Origin: a virus
Taxonomy: Duplodnaviria > Heunggongvirae > Uroviricota > Caudoviricetes
Length of the DNA: 64,000 nt
Reading direction: 5' to 3' (one strand)
IMG/VR virus record: IMGVR_UViG_2579778873_000001
Span: 9,557-73,556 of that record
Position numbers and translations under genes: made by a program. Below are positions 29,696 to 39,466 of this stretch, piece after piece (within the stretch, counting starts at the first letter, position 1; each line of letters begins with the position of its first letter). The notes under the pieces were generated by a model. It saw only the letters and a list, made by a program, of their open reading frames with translations. It had not been told where the DNA came from and did not search any database.

Positions 29696-30307
29696 ATGTC
29701 AAAACGCATTATGAAAATTTACATCGCGGGTCCGATGACTGGTTATCCCGACTACAACCGCACAGCGTTTTTTTCGAAAGCAAAAGAGCTGATGGAGGTA
29801 GGGCATATTGTTATGAATCCGGCGCTGTTACCTGCTGGCCTCTGCCAGAGCGAATACATGGATATTTGCCTTGCAATGGTGCGTTCGGCTAATGCGGTCT
29901 ATTTGCTCAAGGGGTGGGAGGAATCAGTTGGCGCTCGTGCAGAGCACGAGCTGGCTAAAAAGCTGGGGCTGAATGTAATTTATGAGTCACCAACCAACAT
30001 TGAATGCCAGGTTGCTCCGCATATTTACCGGGAACTGGTCAATGCACTGCGTGATATCGCTGCTGTATATCACGGCACAGAACAGCTTCGTGAGCGTTTA
30101 GCCCATACCATTTCCTATTACCTGTCTTTATCTCATGAGCACAAGCTCCGCCAGAAGGTAATGATCAAATTTATCATGAGGTTATCGAAATCCCTGGCAA
30201 ACGCCGATCCAAAGAATCCATTACCGAAAGAGGCAATGAATTACCTGAAGTCCTGCAACGTTGTTTCTGAAGATGGCGTTCTTTTGGTTAGAAGGAGTTC
30301 TGTGTGA
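29696..30307 (+). CDS. DUF4406-like protein (nucleoside 2-deoxyribosyltransferase-like fold) with C-terminal extension
   Basis: Start at Met MSKRIMKIYIAGPMTGYPDYNR; the C-terminal segment PHIYRELVNALRD...QLRERLAHT is shared with the 39448..40386 protein. Confidence 0.5.
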   Translation: MSKRIMKIYIAGPMTGYPDYNRTAFFSKAKELMEVGHIVMNPALLPAGLCQSEYMDICLAMVRSANAVYLLKGWEESVGARAEHELAKKLGLNVIYESPTNIECQVAPHIYRELVNALRDIAAVYHGTEQLRERLAHTISYYLSLSHEHKLRQKVMIKFIMRLSKSLANADPKNPLPKEAMNYLKSCNVVSEDGVLLVRRSSV

Positions 30308-30621
30308 GCTGGCGGGGATGGGGAAGGGCAGAAATCATGATACTCCGCCAGTGCGCCGGGACTATGACAGTCGAGAGTATTGGGAGGCTGATCGGGCGTA
30401 CCGGTAGTGCTGTCAGAACCAAAGCGCGGCAACTGCGGATCTGCATGATTCTGAAAGGAGACTTTCACCCGTCAGCCAAATACCGGCAGGGCGATATAGA
30501 ACTGGCACGGCAGCTTCATCGGTGTGGTGTTCCCCGCCGTGAGATCGCAGAAAAACTCGAAATGCCCCTGGGCATGATTAATCAGTACGTTTATTTCGAA
30601 AGGAGAGTGTATGAAGTCTGA
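30304..30621 (+). CDS. Small hypothetical protein (possible DNA-binding)
   Basis: 105-aa ORF overlapping neighbours by 4 and 11 nt. Confidence 0.45.
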   Translation: MSWRGWGRAEIMILRQCAGTMTVESIGRLIGRTGSAVRTKARQLRICMILKGDFHPSAKYRQGDIELARQLHRCGVPRREIAEKLEMPLGMINQYVYFERRVYEV

Positions 30622-31120
30622 AGGTTTAACGCCCGCACAACTGGCAGAGCGTAACGCTGAGTATGTAACGGAAATTTCCCGACTTGAGAAAGAGCGCGCG
30701 GCGCTGGCTGCGGAGAATGCGAGACTGAAGGCGATATGTGAGGATCGCCGCACGTTCATTATGAATGGCGTGCAGCTTGGTTTTATCAAGGTGCCAACAG
30801 TGGAAATAGATCCAGCTCTTGAAACAATTCGTATCGCCCTATCACCACAAAAAACTACTCCTGCGACCGACACTTTCCTGGATGAAGTGAAGACTGAAGC
30901 ACGCAAGGAGGGCGCTTACTTTGTGGCGAACAGAATGCTGGCTGCCTGGGTAGCTGGTTTTATTGATGATACTGCGAAGAACGCCGCGGATATTGCCCGG
31001 ATGATTCTTACCTCTACTGAGTTTATGGCTAATGCGCCGGAAGGCGATTTTGACCGCTCATTCTCTGATGGCGTTCTCGAAGATATCGCCGAACAGCTTC
31101 GTAAAGGAGTCATCCAATGA
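30611..31120 (+). CDS. Hypothetical protein, paralog of 31924..32856
   Basis: Coiled-coil [14 protein letters not shown] and C-terminal domain both recur in the downstream paralog. Confidence 0.45.
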   Translation: MKSEGLTPAQLAERNAEYVTEISRLEKERAALAAENARLKAICEDRRTFIMNGVQLGFIKVPTVEIDPALETIRIALSPQKTTPATDTFLDEVKTEARKEGAYFVANRMLAAWVAGFIDDTAKNAADIARMILTSTEFMANAPEGDFDRSFSDGVLEDIAEQLRKGVIQ

Positions 31121-31602
31121 GCAAGATTGATTATCAGGCACTGCGTGAGGCGGCGGAACGTGCAATTCCAGCAATGGAACGCCTGTTAATGTTGCCAGCT
31201 GATGATGATTTGTTAAGTGAACAGGAACTTAAAGATTACGGTGTGGATATTGATGCGCTCAACGCCTTCAAATTTCTGGCCGGACCAGAAACCGTGCTGG
31301 CACTACTGGATGAACGGGAAAGAAACCAGCAGTACATCAAACGCCGCGACCAGGAGAACGAGGATATTGCGCTAACGGTAGGGAAGTTGCGCGTTGAGCT
31401 TGAGGCAGAAAAACAGCGGGCAAAGGATCTGTTTATGGAAAATGCTCGGCTTAAGTCAGGTATAGCCGGTCTGATACACCTCGGTATTCGATATGCAGAT
31501 GTTGATGTCATGAAAATTGCTGGAGATGCCCAGCTTTCTACCCCATGCACTGACAGCATCATAAACAGCATTGCAACAGGCATTCGCATCAAAGGAGAGT
31601 GA
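31117..31602 (+). CDS. Ead/Ea22-like protein
   Basis: N-terminal YQALREAAE signature and coiled-coil; ends in GIRIKGE encoded by a conserved junction sequence. Confidence 0.5.
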   Translation: MSKIDYQALREAAERAIPAMERLLMLPADDDLLSEQELKDYGVDIDALNAFKFLAGPETVLALLDERERNQQYIKRRDQENEDIALTVGKLRVELEAEKQRAKDLFMENARLKSGIAGLIHLGIRYADVDVMKIAGDAQLSTPCTDSIINSIATGIRIKGE

Positions 31603-31603
31603 G

Positions 31604-31927
31604 ATGACCACATCGCATTATGCAATCACCCAGGAAAAAGTATTTCGCTTGCTCGAACGTCTGGAGGCGCTCGCCACGGAGGAGGGTATATCCCCGGAGA
31701 TGCTGGTTGAGTGCAGCCGTGTGATATTGCGTCGCAAGAACGACATCGCGCGGCTGACATCTGGCGCACCATCCGTATCAGCCAGTCCAACGCTTTATTG
31801 CAGCTTCTGCAACAAATCCCAGCACACCGTTAAAAAGTTAATTGCTGGGGACAACGCTTTCATCTGCAACGAGTGCGTGAAAGATTGCAACAACATTATC
31901 CAGGAAGATCAAAGGGAATCAGCATGA
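31604..31927 (+). CDS. ClpX-type C4 zinc-finger domain protein
   Basis: Start at Met after the junction RBS; C-terminal [37 protein letters not shown] matches the ClpX N-terminal zinc-binding domain. Confidence 0.55.
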   Translation: MTTSHYAITQEKVFRLLERLEALATEEGISPEMLVECSRVILRRKNDIARLTSGAPSVSASPTLYCSFCNKSQHTVKKLIAGDNAFICNECVKDCNNIIQEDQRESA

Positions 31928-32856
31928 AATTTTCCAAATTTTCTGAGTTGGTGAATCGTATTTTGTCCAACAACCACAGCCATCGTCGCGATATGGATGT
32001 AACGATCGTTGTTCATTCGCCTGGCAGCATTGGTTCAACACCTTCAGTTGAGGTTCAGTCAATTCACGCTGGTTTTGATTGGGATTCCGGGAAAGTGCTG
32101 ATTTTCCCAGCACAGCCACTGACCACGCTAACACCAGAACAGATTACTGATATTACTGATAGTGTGCGCAAAGGTCAGTCCTGGCACGCATATCAGGAAT
32201 ACAAGAAGCATAAAGAGCAGTTGGAAAAATTATCGATTGAACTTGATGCCGCAAAACAGCGCATTGCAGAGCTGGAGGGTAATTGCGCGGCGCTGGCGGC
32301 GGAGAATGCGGGGCTGAAGGCGGGACATTCATATTTCTCATATGGCTCTGAGCATAATTTCGAATGGCACAAAACTGCTGAGGAAGCTATCGAATCGGCT
32401 GAGGCTGCAATCGACGACTATCGCGGTGATGCTTGCGATGGATGGAGCGAAGAGGTCGATAGTATTTGCTGGGGAATCATCATGCAATCGTCAACGAAGG
32501 TTGGCGAACGACCACGCAACGAGGATGACTGTTGTGATCCTGCGATCGATACGATTTGCGATTATGCGCTTCTGCCTAATATCGACACCCCAGCAACCGA
32601 CGCTTTCCTGGCTGAAGTACGTGCGGAGGCACGCAACGAGGGGATTAACTACACCGCAAGCCGTCTTGCTGCTGCGTTCAATCACGGATTTATCAATAAG
32701 TCTTTGCGTGAAGTTTTCGACGTTACACGCATGATTTTGTCAGCGAAAGAAGAGTTGGCTAATGAACCGCATCCGCTTGATGGCCTGTCCGGTGAATATG
32801 CGGAGAAATCCCTTGAAGAATGGGCGGAACAGATTCGCAACGGAAGCAGCCAGTGA
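31924..32856 (+). CDS. Hypothetical protein, paralog of 30611..31120
   Basis: ATGA overlap with the upstream stop; shares the [12 protein letters not shown] block and C-terminal domain with its paralog. Confidence 0.5.
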   Translation: MKFSKFSELVNRILSNNHSHRRDMDVTIVVHSPGSIGSTPSVEVQSIHAGFDWDSGKVLIFPAQPLTTLTPEQITDITDSVRKGQSWHAYQEYKKHKEQLEKLSIELDAAKQRIAELEGNCAALAAENAGLKAGHSYFSYGSEHNFEWHKTAEEAIESAEAAIDDYRGDACDGWSEEVDSICWGIIMQSSTKVGERPRNEDDCCDPAIDTICDYALLPNIDTPATDAFLAEVRAEARNEGINYTASRLAAAFNHGFINKSLREVFDVTRMILSAKEELANEPHPLDGLSGEYAEKSLEEWAEQIRNGSSQ

Positions 32857-33128
32857 ATATCGACACGACAATAACGATCGATACGCTCCTGAATACCGGT
32901 CTGGCACTTCTCGGTTGGTTTTTCATCATGTCCCGTACATGGCGATGGCTGGGTTCCATTTTCCTGAAACAGTGGAAAAAACGGCGCAAACAGGAACTAC
33001 GCCAGAAGGCATTAGAAGCGTTCTATGACGCATTTGAACTTGGCAGCATTGAACCAGGCACAACAGCGAGGATAGCGACAAAAGGCGACCTGATGATAGT
33101 GATGTTCAGACAGGAGAAAACAAAATGA
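32820..33128 (+). CDS. Small membrane protein, start uncertain
   Basis: One hydrophobic helix (LLNTGLALLGWFFIM); C-terminal tail EPGTTARIATKGDLMIVMFRQEKTK recurs as a 28-aa mini-ORF at 35454..35540. Confidence 0.35.
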   Translation: MGGTDSQRKQPVNIDTTITIDTLLNTGLALLGWFFIMSRTWRWLGSIFLKQWKKRRKQELRQKALEAFYDAFELGSIEPGTTARIATKGDLMIVMFRQEKTK

Positions 33129-33349
33129 CAGAACAAACGATGACAAATCGCGAACTTGTTGATGCCGCGATTGAACTTGCTGGCGATTTTTATTCCATGA
33201 TGGGTTACGAGCATCGACCTGGTTTTAAGTATTGGGAGTCACCGCATCCGCAAGAACAACAGGTGTTTGAAATGGCTTGCCGTGCTTTTGAGTTTATTCG
33301 CGGTTCTGATGTGATGGAGGCCGTTGCCGACTTGGAGGATGAAGAGTGA
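33125..33349 (+). CDS. Small hypothetical protein
   Basis: 74-aa ORF, ATGA-coupled to neighbours. Confidence 0.4.
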   Translation: MTEQTMTNRELVDAAIELAGDFYSMMGYEHRPGFKYWESPHPQEQQVFEMACRAFEFIRGSDVMEAVADLEDEE

Positions 33350-33657
33350 GCACAATTAAAGAAATGCCGGTAGAACGTGATGAATATGGCTGCTGGACAC
33401 ATCCGGAGTATGAAAAGTTTTGCGCAGGCCGTGAATATATTTCCACTGAGGAATTTGACGCCTGGATGAAGGAAAATAATCTTCAGTGGACTATTCGCAG
33501 TATGGATGAAGATGATTTTGATCTGGACGCAGCTGGTCCCGATATTGCCGCCTGGGAACCGGAGCGACCAGAGGGTGAAGGCTGGTTTGTTGGCTCTATT
33601 CATGACACTGAAGATGGTCCGGTTTGTATCTGGCTGCGTGAGAAGGTTGCCGCATGA
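33346..33657 (+). CDS. Small hypothetical protein
   Basis: 103-aa ORF, translationally coupled. Confidence 0.4.
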   Translation: MSTIKEMPVERDEYGCWTHPEYEKFCAGREYISTEEFDAWMKENNLQWTIRSMDEDDFDLDAAGPDIAAWEPERPEGEGWFVGSIHDTEDGPVCIWLREKVAA

Positions 33658-34346
33658 CCCAGGCTCTGCATGAAGTGAATTTATATAGCCGTATTGATGG
33701 TTCTGGCTATAGAAACATATGGGTTGTTGGTGATCTGCATGGTTGCTACACCAGACTGATGTCCGAACTCCATCGTGTGGATTTTGACCCGGCGCAGGAT
33801 TTACTGATATCGGTTGGCGACCTTATCGATCGCGGTACTGAAAATGTCGAATGTCTGGAACTATTGCAGATGCCCTGGTTCAGGGCAGTAATGGGGAACC
33901 ATGAGCGGTTGATGCTTGATGCGTTAAGTCCTGATGGCAACGTGAATAACTGGCTAATGAATGGCGGACAATGGTTCTTCATGCTGGACACTGATCAGGA
34001 AATATTAGCCTGGGCGCTGGTGGAGCTGGTAAAGCGTCTGCCCTATATCATTGAGCTGAACACCGGGCATGAAACTATCGTTATAGCCCATGCCGACTAT
34101 CCAGGTGGAGAGTACCAGTTCGGTAAGGATGTGTCGCTTTTTGATGTTGTCTGGTCGCGCAGTCGCGTCGGTGATTCGATAGATGGCATTGGTGGAGAAA
34201 TCACAGGCGCAGATCGCTTTATCTTTGGGCACACACCGGTACGAAGACCAAAAGCATACTGGAATCAGCACTACATAGACACGGGCGCGGTTTTTTGCGG
34301 AAATCTGACGCTAATGCAGGTGAAGGGAGGGCAGCTTAAAGTCTGA
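33654..34346 (+). CDS. ppp: Ser/Thr protein phosphatase, lambda-phosphatase (calcineurin-like) family
   Basis: Metallophosphatase motifs GDLHG, GDLIDRG, GNHE in canonical order; 230 aa. Confidence 0.8.
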   Translation: MTQALHEVNLYSRIDGSGYRNIWVVGDLHGCYTRLMSELHRVDFDPAQDLLISVGDLIDRGTENVECLELLQMPWFRAVMGNHERLMLDALSPDGNVNNWLMNGGQWFFMLDTDQEILAWALVELVKRLPYIIELNTGHETIVIAHADYPGGEYQFGKDVSLFDVVWSRSRVGDSIDGIGGEITGADRFIFGHTPVRRPKAYWNQHYIDTGAVFCGNLTLMQVKGGQLKV

Positions 34347-34373
34347 TCAAATCATTTACGCACTCAAAATTAC

Positions 34374-34407
34374 GTTAGAACGTTGATTTTAGTTTTCTAA
34401 CATATTA
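34374..34407. promoter_or_regulatory. Operator motif pair upstream of 34445
   Basis: agttttctaacatatt (34392-34407) plus weaker half cgttagaacg (34374-34383). Confidence 0.45.
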
Positions 34408-34444
34408 TTTTACCGCTCGGAACAAAACAGAGTCGGTATACATT

Positions 34445-35440
34445 ATGAGTGCAATAATCACACCTCATTTCGTAAACGGAGCTGGTGTGGCTGTCTTTCC
34501 GGTAGACAAGCCCACCAGTAACTACATTGGCGCAGGTCGCCGTTTCATTATCTCCCCACTTCCGCGTGAACAGGCTGAAAACACTCCAGATGGCGTAGTG
34601 GATCTGAATTATTCGCTGGTTGCCAACCAGTCTCTGAAACCGTTTTTTCAAAGCGAGCGCGTATTTAACGCGTTGGGCGGTGAAGATTCGCTTGTTCATT
34701 GGGTAAGTTCCAATATCCACGATTGCCAGGCGCACGATAAGCGCGATTGCAGCCACCAGCTAACCACTCATTTCTATAACGGCTCTGCCGTTCGCCTGTG
34801 CTGGAAGCATGATGCGGAATACATGATGAAGGGGTACAGCAAGCTGGACGACCAGTTATCCCTGAATCGTGCCAACTGGGTTATGAACTGGGCTGCGAGC
34901 GAGTTAAAACTACCGCCAGAACGCGATCTGAGTATGGTTGAACTCACTTTTTGGGCCATTCGCCGGAATCTGAAAGATGAGCTGCCAGATGAAGCCGGTC
35001 GCATTGCATTTTGTCAGCCAAAAACTGAAATCCCTACCGGTACGCTGAAAGAATCAGATATCACCTGGGAGCACAGTACCCGCGAGCTGGTGGACATAAC
35101 CGCAGAGCAGATCGTCAACCTGTCTGTAGATGAGGATTCCGGCCTGCTTTATATGCGCCGACCAAAAGCGGTCCTCGGTAAAAGCCCGGCTTATCTCCGG
35201 TTTGTGGTTTCTCGTCCGTGCATCGGATGCGGTGGCAAAGTTAACCACCCGTTCATGTACCGCGCCCGCTCGTTAAACGAACACGACCGCTGGGCTGTTC
35301 CTCTTTGCGATGACTGCGCCAGAAGCGCAGAAAACGATGTCCGGGCATGGGAAAAAGCACATGGCATACGCCTTTACGTAGCCGCTAACCAGCTTTTTGA
35401 CTTCGCCATCGAGCGCGGAGTAATCACGTTTAATAACTGA
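34445..35440 (+). CDS. Hypothetical protein with C-terminal Cys cluster (zinc-ribbon-like)
   Basis: 331 aa; CIGCGG...CDDC near the C-terminus. Confidence 0.45.
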   Translation: MSAIITPHFVNGAGVAVFPVDKPTSNYIGAGRRFIISPLPREQAENTPDGVVDLNYSLVANQSLKPFFQSERVFNALGGEDSLVHWVSSNIHDCQAHDKRDCSHQLTTHFYNGSAVRLCWKHDAEYMMKGYSKLDDQLSLNRANWVMNWAASELKLPPERDLSMVELTFWAIRRNLKDELPDEAGRIAFCQPKTEIPTGTLKESDITWEHSTRELVDITAEQIVNLSVDEDSGLLYMRRPKAVLGKSPAYLRFVVSRPCIGCGGKVNHPFMYRARSLNEHDRWAVPLCDDCARSAENDVRAWEKAHGIRLYVAANQLFDFAIERGVITFNN

Positions 35441-35536
35441 TTGGGATAAAGGCATGAGCATGGAGCCAGGCAGCACCATCCGCATTACTACAAAGGGAGG
35501 TCTGGCAATCATGATGTATCGGAAGGAGGAAGCCAA

Positions 35537-35731
35537 ATGAATAAAGCCTCACCAGCAGAGTTAAGAGCAAGTCTAGAGATGGCGCATAGCCTTGCTCAAA
35601 TTGGAGTCAGGTTTGTACCAATTCCAGTTGAAACAGATGAAGAATTTCAAATGTTAGCGGCATCAGCAGCACAAAAGCTGGAAATCATGGCGGATAAAGC
35701 AGAGAAAGCGGAAGGAGCAGATAGTGAGTGA
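35537..35731 (+). CDS. Small acidic hypothetical protein
   Basis: 64-aa ORF with RBS supplied by the upstream mini-ORF tail. Confidence 0.35.
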   Translation: MNKASPAELRASLEMAHSLAQIGVRFVPIPVETDEEFQMLAASAAQKLEIMADKAEKAEGADSE

Positions 35732-36626
35732 AACTAACTATCAGGAGTTGCGCGAGGCAGCGGAGCAGGCAACGCAAGATGAATGGGTAGCATATATTTT
35801 GCCGGGACATAACGGCATTTATCCTGCGCGCACGTCTGAGGGTAGGCATTGCGGATACTTTATTGACTGGCCTGGCATTGATGGACAGAGGAACGCTAGT
35901 GCCAATGCCCGTTATATCGCGGCTATCCCACCAAAAGTTGCACTGGCACTACTGGATGAGATCAACGCATTAGAGGAAACGCGTATCAACGATGTTTGCC
36001 GTATTGTGGAACTAACAAAACAACTGGAGTCGGCAAAATCAAAACTCAACGAGCAGCGCGAGCATTACGAGGGAGTAATCGCGGATGGAGGTAAGCGCAT
36101 AGCAGAACTGGAAAAACAATGCGCTGAATCGGAGCGAAAAGCATTAAGCAACTTTGAAGAGTGTGCTGCGATGGCTGAACGTATCGAAGAGTTGCAGACA
36201 AAATCTGCACCAGATTCGTTTGGCATCATCGGTGAAAATATTCGAACACAGGATAATCGAATAACGTCAGACCCTATGTTTTGTGTGTATCAAAAGCGCG
36301 AAATCGTTGTTGATGCTGATTATGACTATGACCGGATTGTCTGGGTTGATGAAGATGGCAATGAAGCCAATAAACGCCAAAGTCGTCGTCTCGAACTACT
36401 TCACGAAAACTTTCGAGAGCCACCAGAAAAATGGCGGCGCGTTGCTGTGAAAGATATTGATGAATTCGTTACCTGCTGTTTCACCGAACAGGGTTGTAAA
36501 GACTACCTGGCAGCCAATGGTCACAATCTTCGCTTGCCATTTATATATGTAAAAAGCGGTTTCAGGAATGCTGAATATATCGGCATAAGAAACTGGCTTG
36601 CTGGTATTCGCATCAAAGGAGAGTGA
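35724..36626 (+). CDS. Ead/Ea22-like protein (long form)
   Basis: N-terminal YQELREAAE and coiled-coil; C-terminus GIRIKGE from the conserved junction. Confidence 0.5.
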   Translation: MSETNYQELREAAEQATQDEWVAYILPGHNGIYPARTSEGRHCGYFIDWPGIDGQRNASANARYIAAIPPKVALALLDEINALEETRINDVCRIVELTKQLESAKSKLNEQREHYEGVIADGGKRIAELEKQCAESERKALSNFEECAAMAERIEELQTKSAPDSFGIIGENIRTQDNRITSDPMFCVYQKREIVVDADYDYDRIVWVDEDGNEANKRQSRRLELLHENFREPPEKWRRVAVKDIDEFVTCCFTEQGCKDYLAANGHNLRLPFIYVKSGFRNAEYIGIRNWLAGIRIKGE

Positions 36627-36627
36627 T

Positions 36628-36885
36628 ATGGACGAATCAAGAAAGCAGTTTTTGGAGTTCGCGAAAAAGCAAAATTTAAGCCTTGTATATGGTGATTGCG
36701 GGTATGTTTATTCATCCACGGAAATGGCATGGAGGGCATGGCAGGCATCTCGCGCAGCTATCGAGATAAAACTCGATGACAAAGTGATGGCTGAGGATGA
36801 TTTCGGCAAAGGACACAACTGCGCTATCGATTATTGCGCTGACGCCATCCGCGCCGCTGGCATTCGCATTAAAGGAGGTGAGTAA
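36628..36885 (+). CDS. Small hypothetical protein
   Basis: Start at Met after the junction RBS; ends AGIRIKGGE. Confidence 0.4.
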   Translation: MDESRKQFLEFAKKQNLSLVYGDCGYVYSSTEMAWRAWQASRAAIEIKLDDKVMAEDDFGKGHNCAIDYCADAIRAAGIRIKGGE

Positions 36886-37248
36886 TGCGTGTGGCATGTA
36901 TCGGCTTGTTACCGTACCCGACTCGTTTTTGGGCTTCTGCGCTAATTGCAAAGCCACATGTCCTGATGGCTGACAACATCATCCCGGCACCAAAGCGCCG
37001 CCATACCGGTATTGCAGCGGCACGACGAGCAGCAAAGAGACGCAGGAGAGCAAAGCGATGAAAAACCGTAAAGCAAAGATTCTGTTAGTTCGTAGAAACG
37101 CTCCTGGCGTCTGGCAGTGGGTGAGACTCAGCAACCGACGGATGGGGTTGATGAAATATTACGGGATGATGGATTGTGGTTTTTGCAAAAAGCCCAGCGC
37201 GGCGCAAAACCGCTGGAAAAAACCATTTGCGCACTAAAGGAGAGTGAT

Positions 37249-37458
37249 ATGGCTATTGCCGCAAGTTACACCATGCATCTCTATTGTGACTGCCTCCAGT
37301 GTACAGATGGCAAATATAAGTCGCCAGACTTCGGTGAGTATATAGGTACGTCATGGGCTGGCTGTGCAAAAGAGGCGCGCAAGGATGGCTGGCGAATAAG
37401 CAAAGACAAAACGCGTGCTTTTGCGCCCGGGCATAAAGTTTTGAGGATTAACAAATGA
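37249..37458 (+). CDS. Small Cys-containing hypothetical protein
   Basis: Start at Met after the fourth junction copy; CDCLQC motif; ORF-track N-terminal extension rejected. Confidence 0.4.
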   Translation: MAIAASYTMHLYCDCLQCTDGKYKSPDFGEYIGTSWAGCAKEARKDGWRISKDKTRAFAPGHKVLRINK

Positions 37459-38297
37459 CCACTATTACCAAAGAGCGACTGCTGACAATCAAGCAGTGGC
37501 GCGAAACATACGGACCTGGTAGCAACGTTGTACTGCCAGCAGAAGAAGCGGAAGAACTGGCACGAATTGCTCTGGCATCGCTGGAAGCAGAACCAGTTGC
37601 TTATATTTTCAAACATCCGGCTGGAAAATTATTCTGGGCTTTAACGGATGAAAGCAATAAAGAGCAATCGGACGTTATTCCTGTTTATGCCGCCCCGCCA
37701 GTACCGGTAGTACCTGCTGCATTACCTGAGAACGACGATGAGGACGGGCATGACATTGATTATCTTGAGCCATCTGAAGTTTACGCGCTTGGGCGAACAT
37801 CTGGCTGGAACGCCTGCCGAGCTGCCATGCTTCATAGTGCCGAACCTGTAAGCCAGGCTTACAAGTTGAACGCGCTGGCTGGCAACTCTCCGGTAATTCC
37901 GGATGGTTCAGCGGACATGCTTCGGCGCTGGCTGGCATTTGGCCACGGCATGCAAAATGCAGGATGCCAACTACCTCACAACCTGATTGCGGAAACCGAG
38001 GCCATGCTCGCAGCCGCGCCGCAACTACCCGGCAGTGAACCCGCTACCGTGCCGGGTAAATGGATTCCGGTAAGCGAGCGGATGCCGGAAATGGGTGAAA
38101 AGCAGCGCTATGTATTAGCTGCTGATTTCAAAAATAACTATTGGCCCAACATACCAAACACTCAGGTTGGCGTATATGGCGACTGGTTTGATGATGGCAA
38201 TCCAACGTGGGATGACGGCGACGGCGAAGACCTGCATCTCAAAGAGGTAACCCACTGGATGCCGCTACCAGAACCGCCGCAGGAGGTGAATCAATGA
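37455..38297 (+). CDS. DUF551-domain protein
   Basis: C-terminal WIPVSERMPE...THWMPLPEPP block characteristic of DUF551. Confidence 0.6.
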   Translation: MTTITKERLLTIKQWRETYGPGSNVVLPAEEAEELARIALASLEAEPVAYIFKHPAGKLFWALTDESNKEQSDVIPVYAAPPVPVVPAALPENDDEDGHDIDYLEPSEVYALGRTSGWNACRAAMLHSAEPVSQAYKLNALAGNSPVIPDGSADMLRRWLAFGHGMQNAGCQLPHNLIAETEAMLAAAPQLPGSEPATVPGKWIPVSERMPEMGEKQRYVLAADFKNNYWPNIPNTQVGVYGDWFDDGNPTWDDGDGEDLHLKEVTHWMPLPEPPQEVNQ

Positions 38298-38361
38298 GCT
38301 GGCCTGAAGCATTCACCACGGTAGGAATTGTGATGGCGGCAGCACTGGGTTTGTATTCAAT

Positions 38362-38613
38362 TTGTCGCTGGTGGTAACGATGGGAAAAATAACTTTTGTA
38401 GTCGAATTTGAGGATGGTAAAGAGCCACCTGTTAGCGCCAATCTTGATGTTGCTGGTGGCAGGCTTGTTTCGGTTCTATTTGGTGACTACCGAGATGATT
38501 TCTTCCAACCAGAAGAAGTTGATGTGGTGCGAGAGGCATTAAACGAGTTAAGTGTTGATAACGATGATGCTCATGCGGAAATCATCCAAAAAATGGAACT
38601 GCTAACTCACTAA
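38362..38613 (+). CDS. Small hypothetical protein
   Basis: 83-aa ORF; start may be internal Met (MGKITFVVEF). Confidence 0.4.
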   Translation: MSLVVTMGKITFVVEFEDGKEPPVSANLDVAGGRLVSVLFGDYRDDFFQPEEVDVVREALNELSVDNDDAHAEIIQKMELLTH

Positions 38614-38695
38614 ATTATCAATTATGGTGCTATCACCTACGACACCGAGAGAAAATTTATAATGTCAAAAGTAAATGTTTTGATTTTTTCAGCAA

Positions 38696-39085
38696 TTGTT
38701 GGCTTTGGTTTTACTGCCGGAGTGCAGATTTATATTACGTGGGAAAAAATCATCAACTACGTATGGAGTTGTTTTATTAAGTGAGGTAAGTATGTGGAGA
38801 GGTAATAGTCATGGCAAAAGCCAGATGATACTTACCGAACATCAGCTCGACCACAAAACCAATAAATCACGTTCAGTATATTTGCTTCGCCACAATAGCC
38901 GCGTAAGGAATACCGTACTGGAGCAAAATCTGACCGTTGAAATGGATAATTACGGGGGCTTCAAGCCAACAATATCGCTTGATGATTTTCCTCGTGGTTT
39001 AAGCGAAAGAGAAGCAATGCTGAAATTAGCAGAATGGCTACAAAGATTAAGCATTGCTATTGAAGATAACTGGTCTGAACCTTAA
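38696..39085 (+). CDS. Hypothetical protein in AT-rich patch
   Basis: ORF in visibly AT-rich DNA; start uncertain. Confidence 0.35.
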   Translation: MLALVLLPECRFILRGKKSSTTYGVVLLSEVSMWRGNSHGKSQMILTEHQLDHKTNKSRSVYLLRHNSRVRNTVLEQNLTVEMDNYGGFKPTISLDDFPRGLSEREAMLKLAEWLQRLSIAIEDNWSEP

Positions 39086-39091
39086 ATTAAT

Positions 39092-39466
39092 ATGATGACA
39101 CTAAAACATTTTCTTGACCGCCCATTAGGGGCGGCAGCCGCAGGCTATGACTTTAATTATATGGATTGCATGTCTTATACTGCCAATGCATACGACCATT
39201 CGTTCAGCCTGCTGTTTAATTCTTTAAGAATATTGCCGGAAACAGAAGTTGGAGAGCTTCATTTATGGATATTGGGCTTTATCGCGGCTGTCGTTGGTAT
39301 TGCTGTATGGCCTTTTATTTTCTGGCTGGTGGCTGTTGTAGTGTGGTTTAAGTGCAAGACATACCGGAGAAAGTATTTCTTAGGTGATGGAATGACTGAT
39401 ATTGCCAAAATGAACATTGAAAAATGGACTAAGGAATGTGAAAAGAAATGGCGCAAAAAGAAATGA
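39092..39466 (+). CDS. Small membrane protein (two predicted TM helices) with basic tail
   Basis: LHLWILGFIAAVVGIAVWPFIFWLVAVVVWF then KKWRKKK; AT-rich. Confidence 0.4.
   Translation: MMTLKHFLDRPLGAAAAGYDFNYMDCMSYTANAYDHSFSLLFNSLRILPETEVGELHLWILGFIAAVVGIAVWPFIFWLVAVVVWFKCKTYRRKYFLGDGMTDIAKMNIEKWTKECEKKWRKKK

Noticed and set aside
37117-37248. N-terminal extensions offered by the ORF track (37117..37458, 9967..10869, 8375..8809, 26004..26699, 29669..30307)
   Set aside because: Each upstream part overlaps a neighbouring gene end, an operator or a conserved junction RBS, and an internal Met with better initiation context exists.
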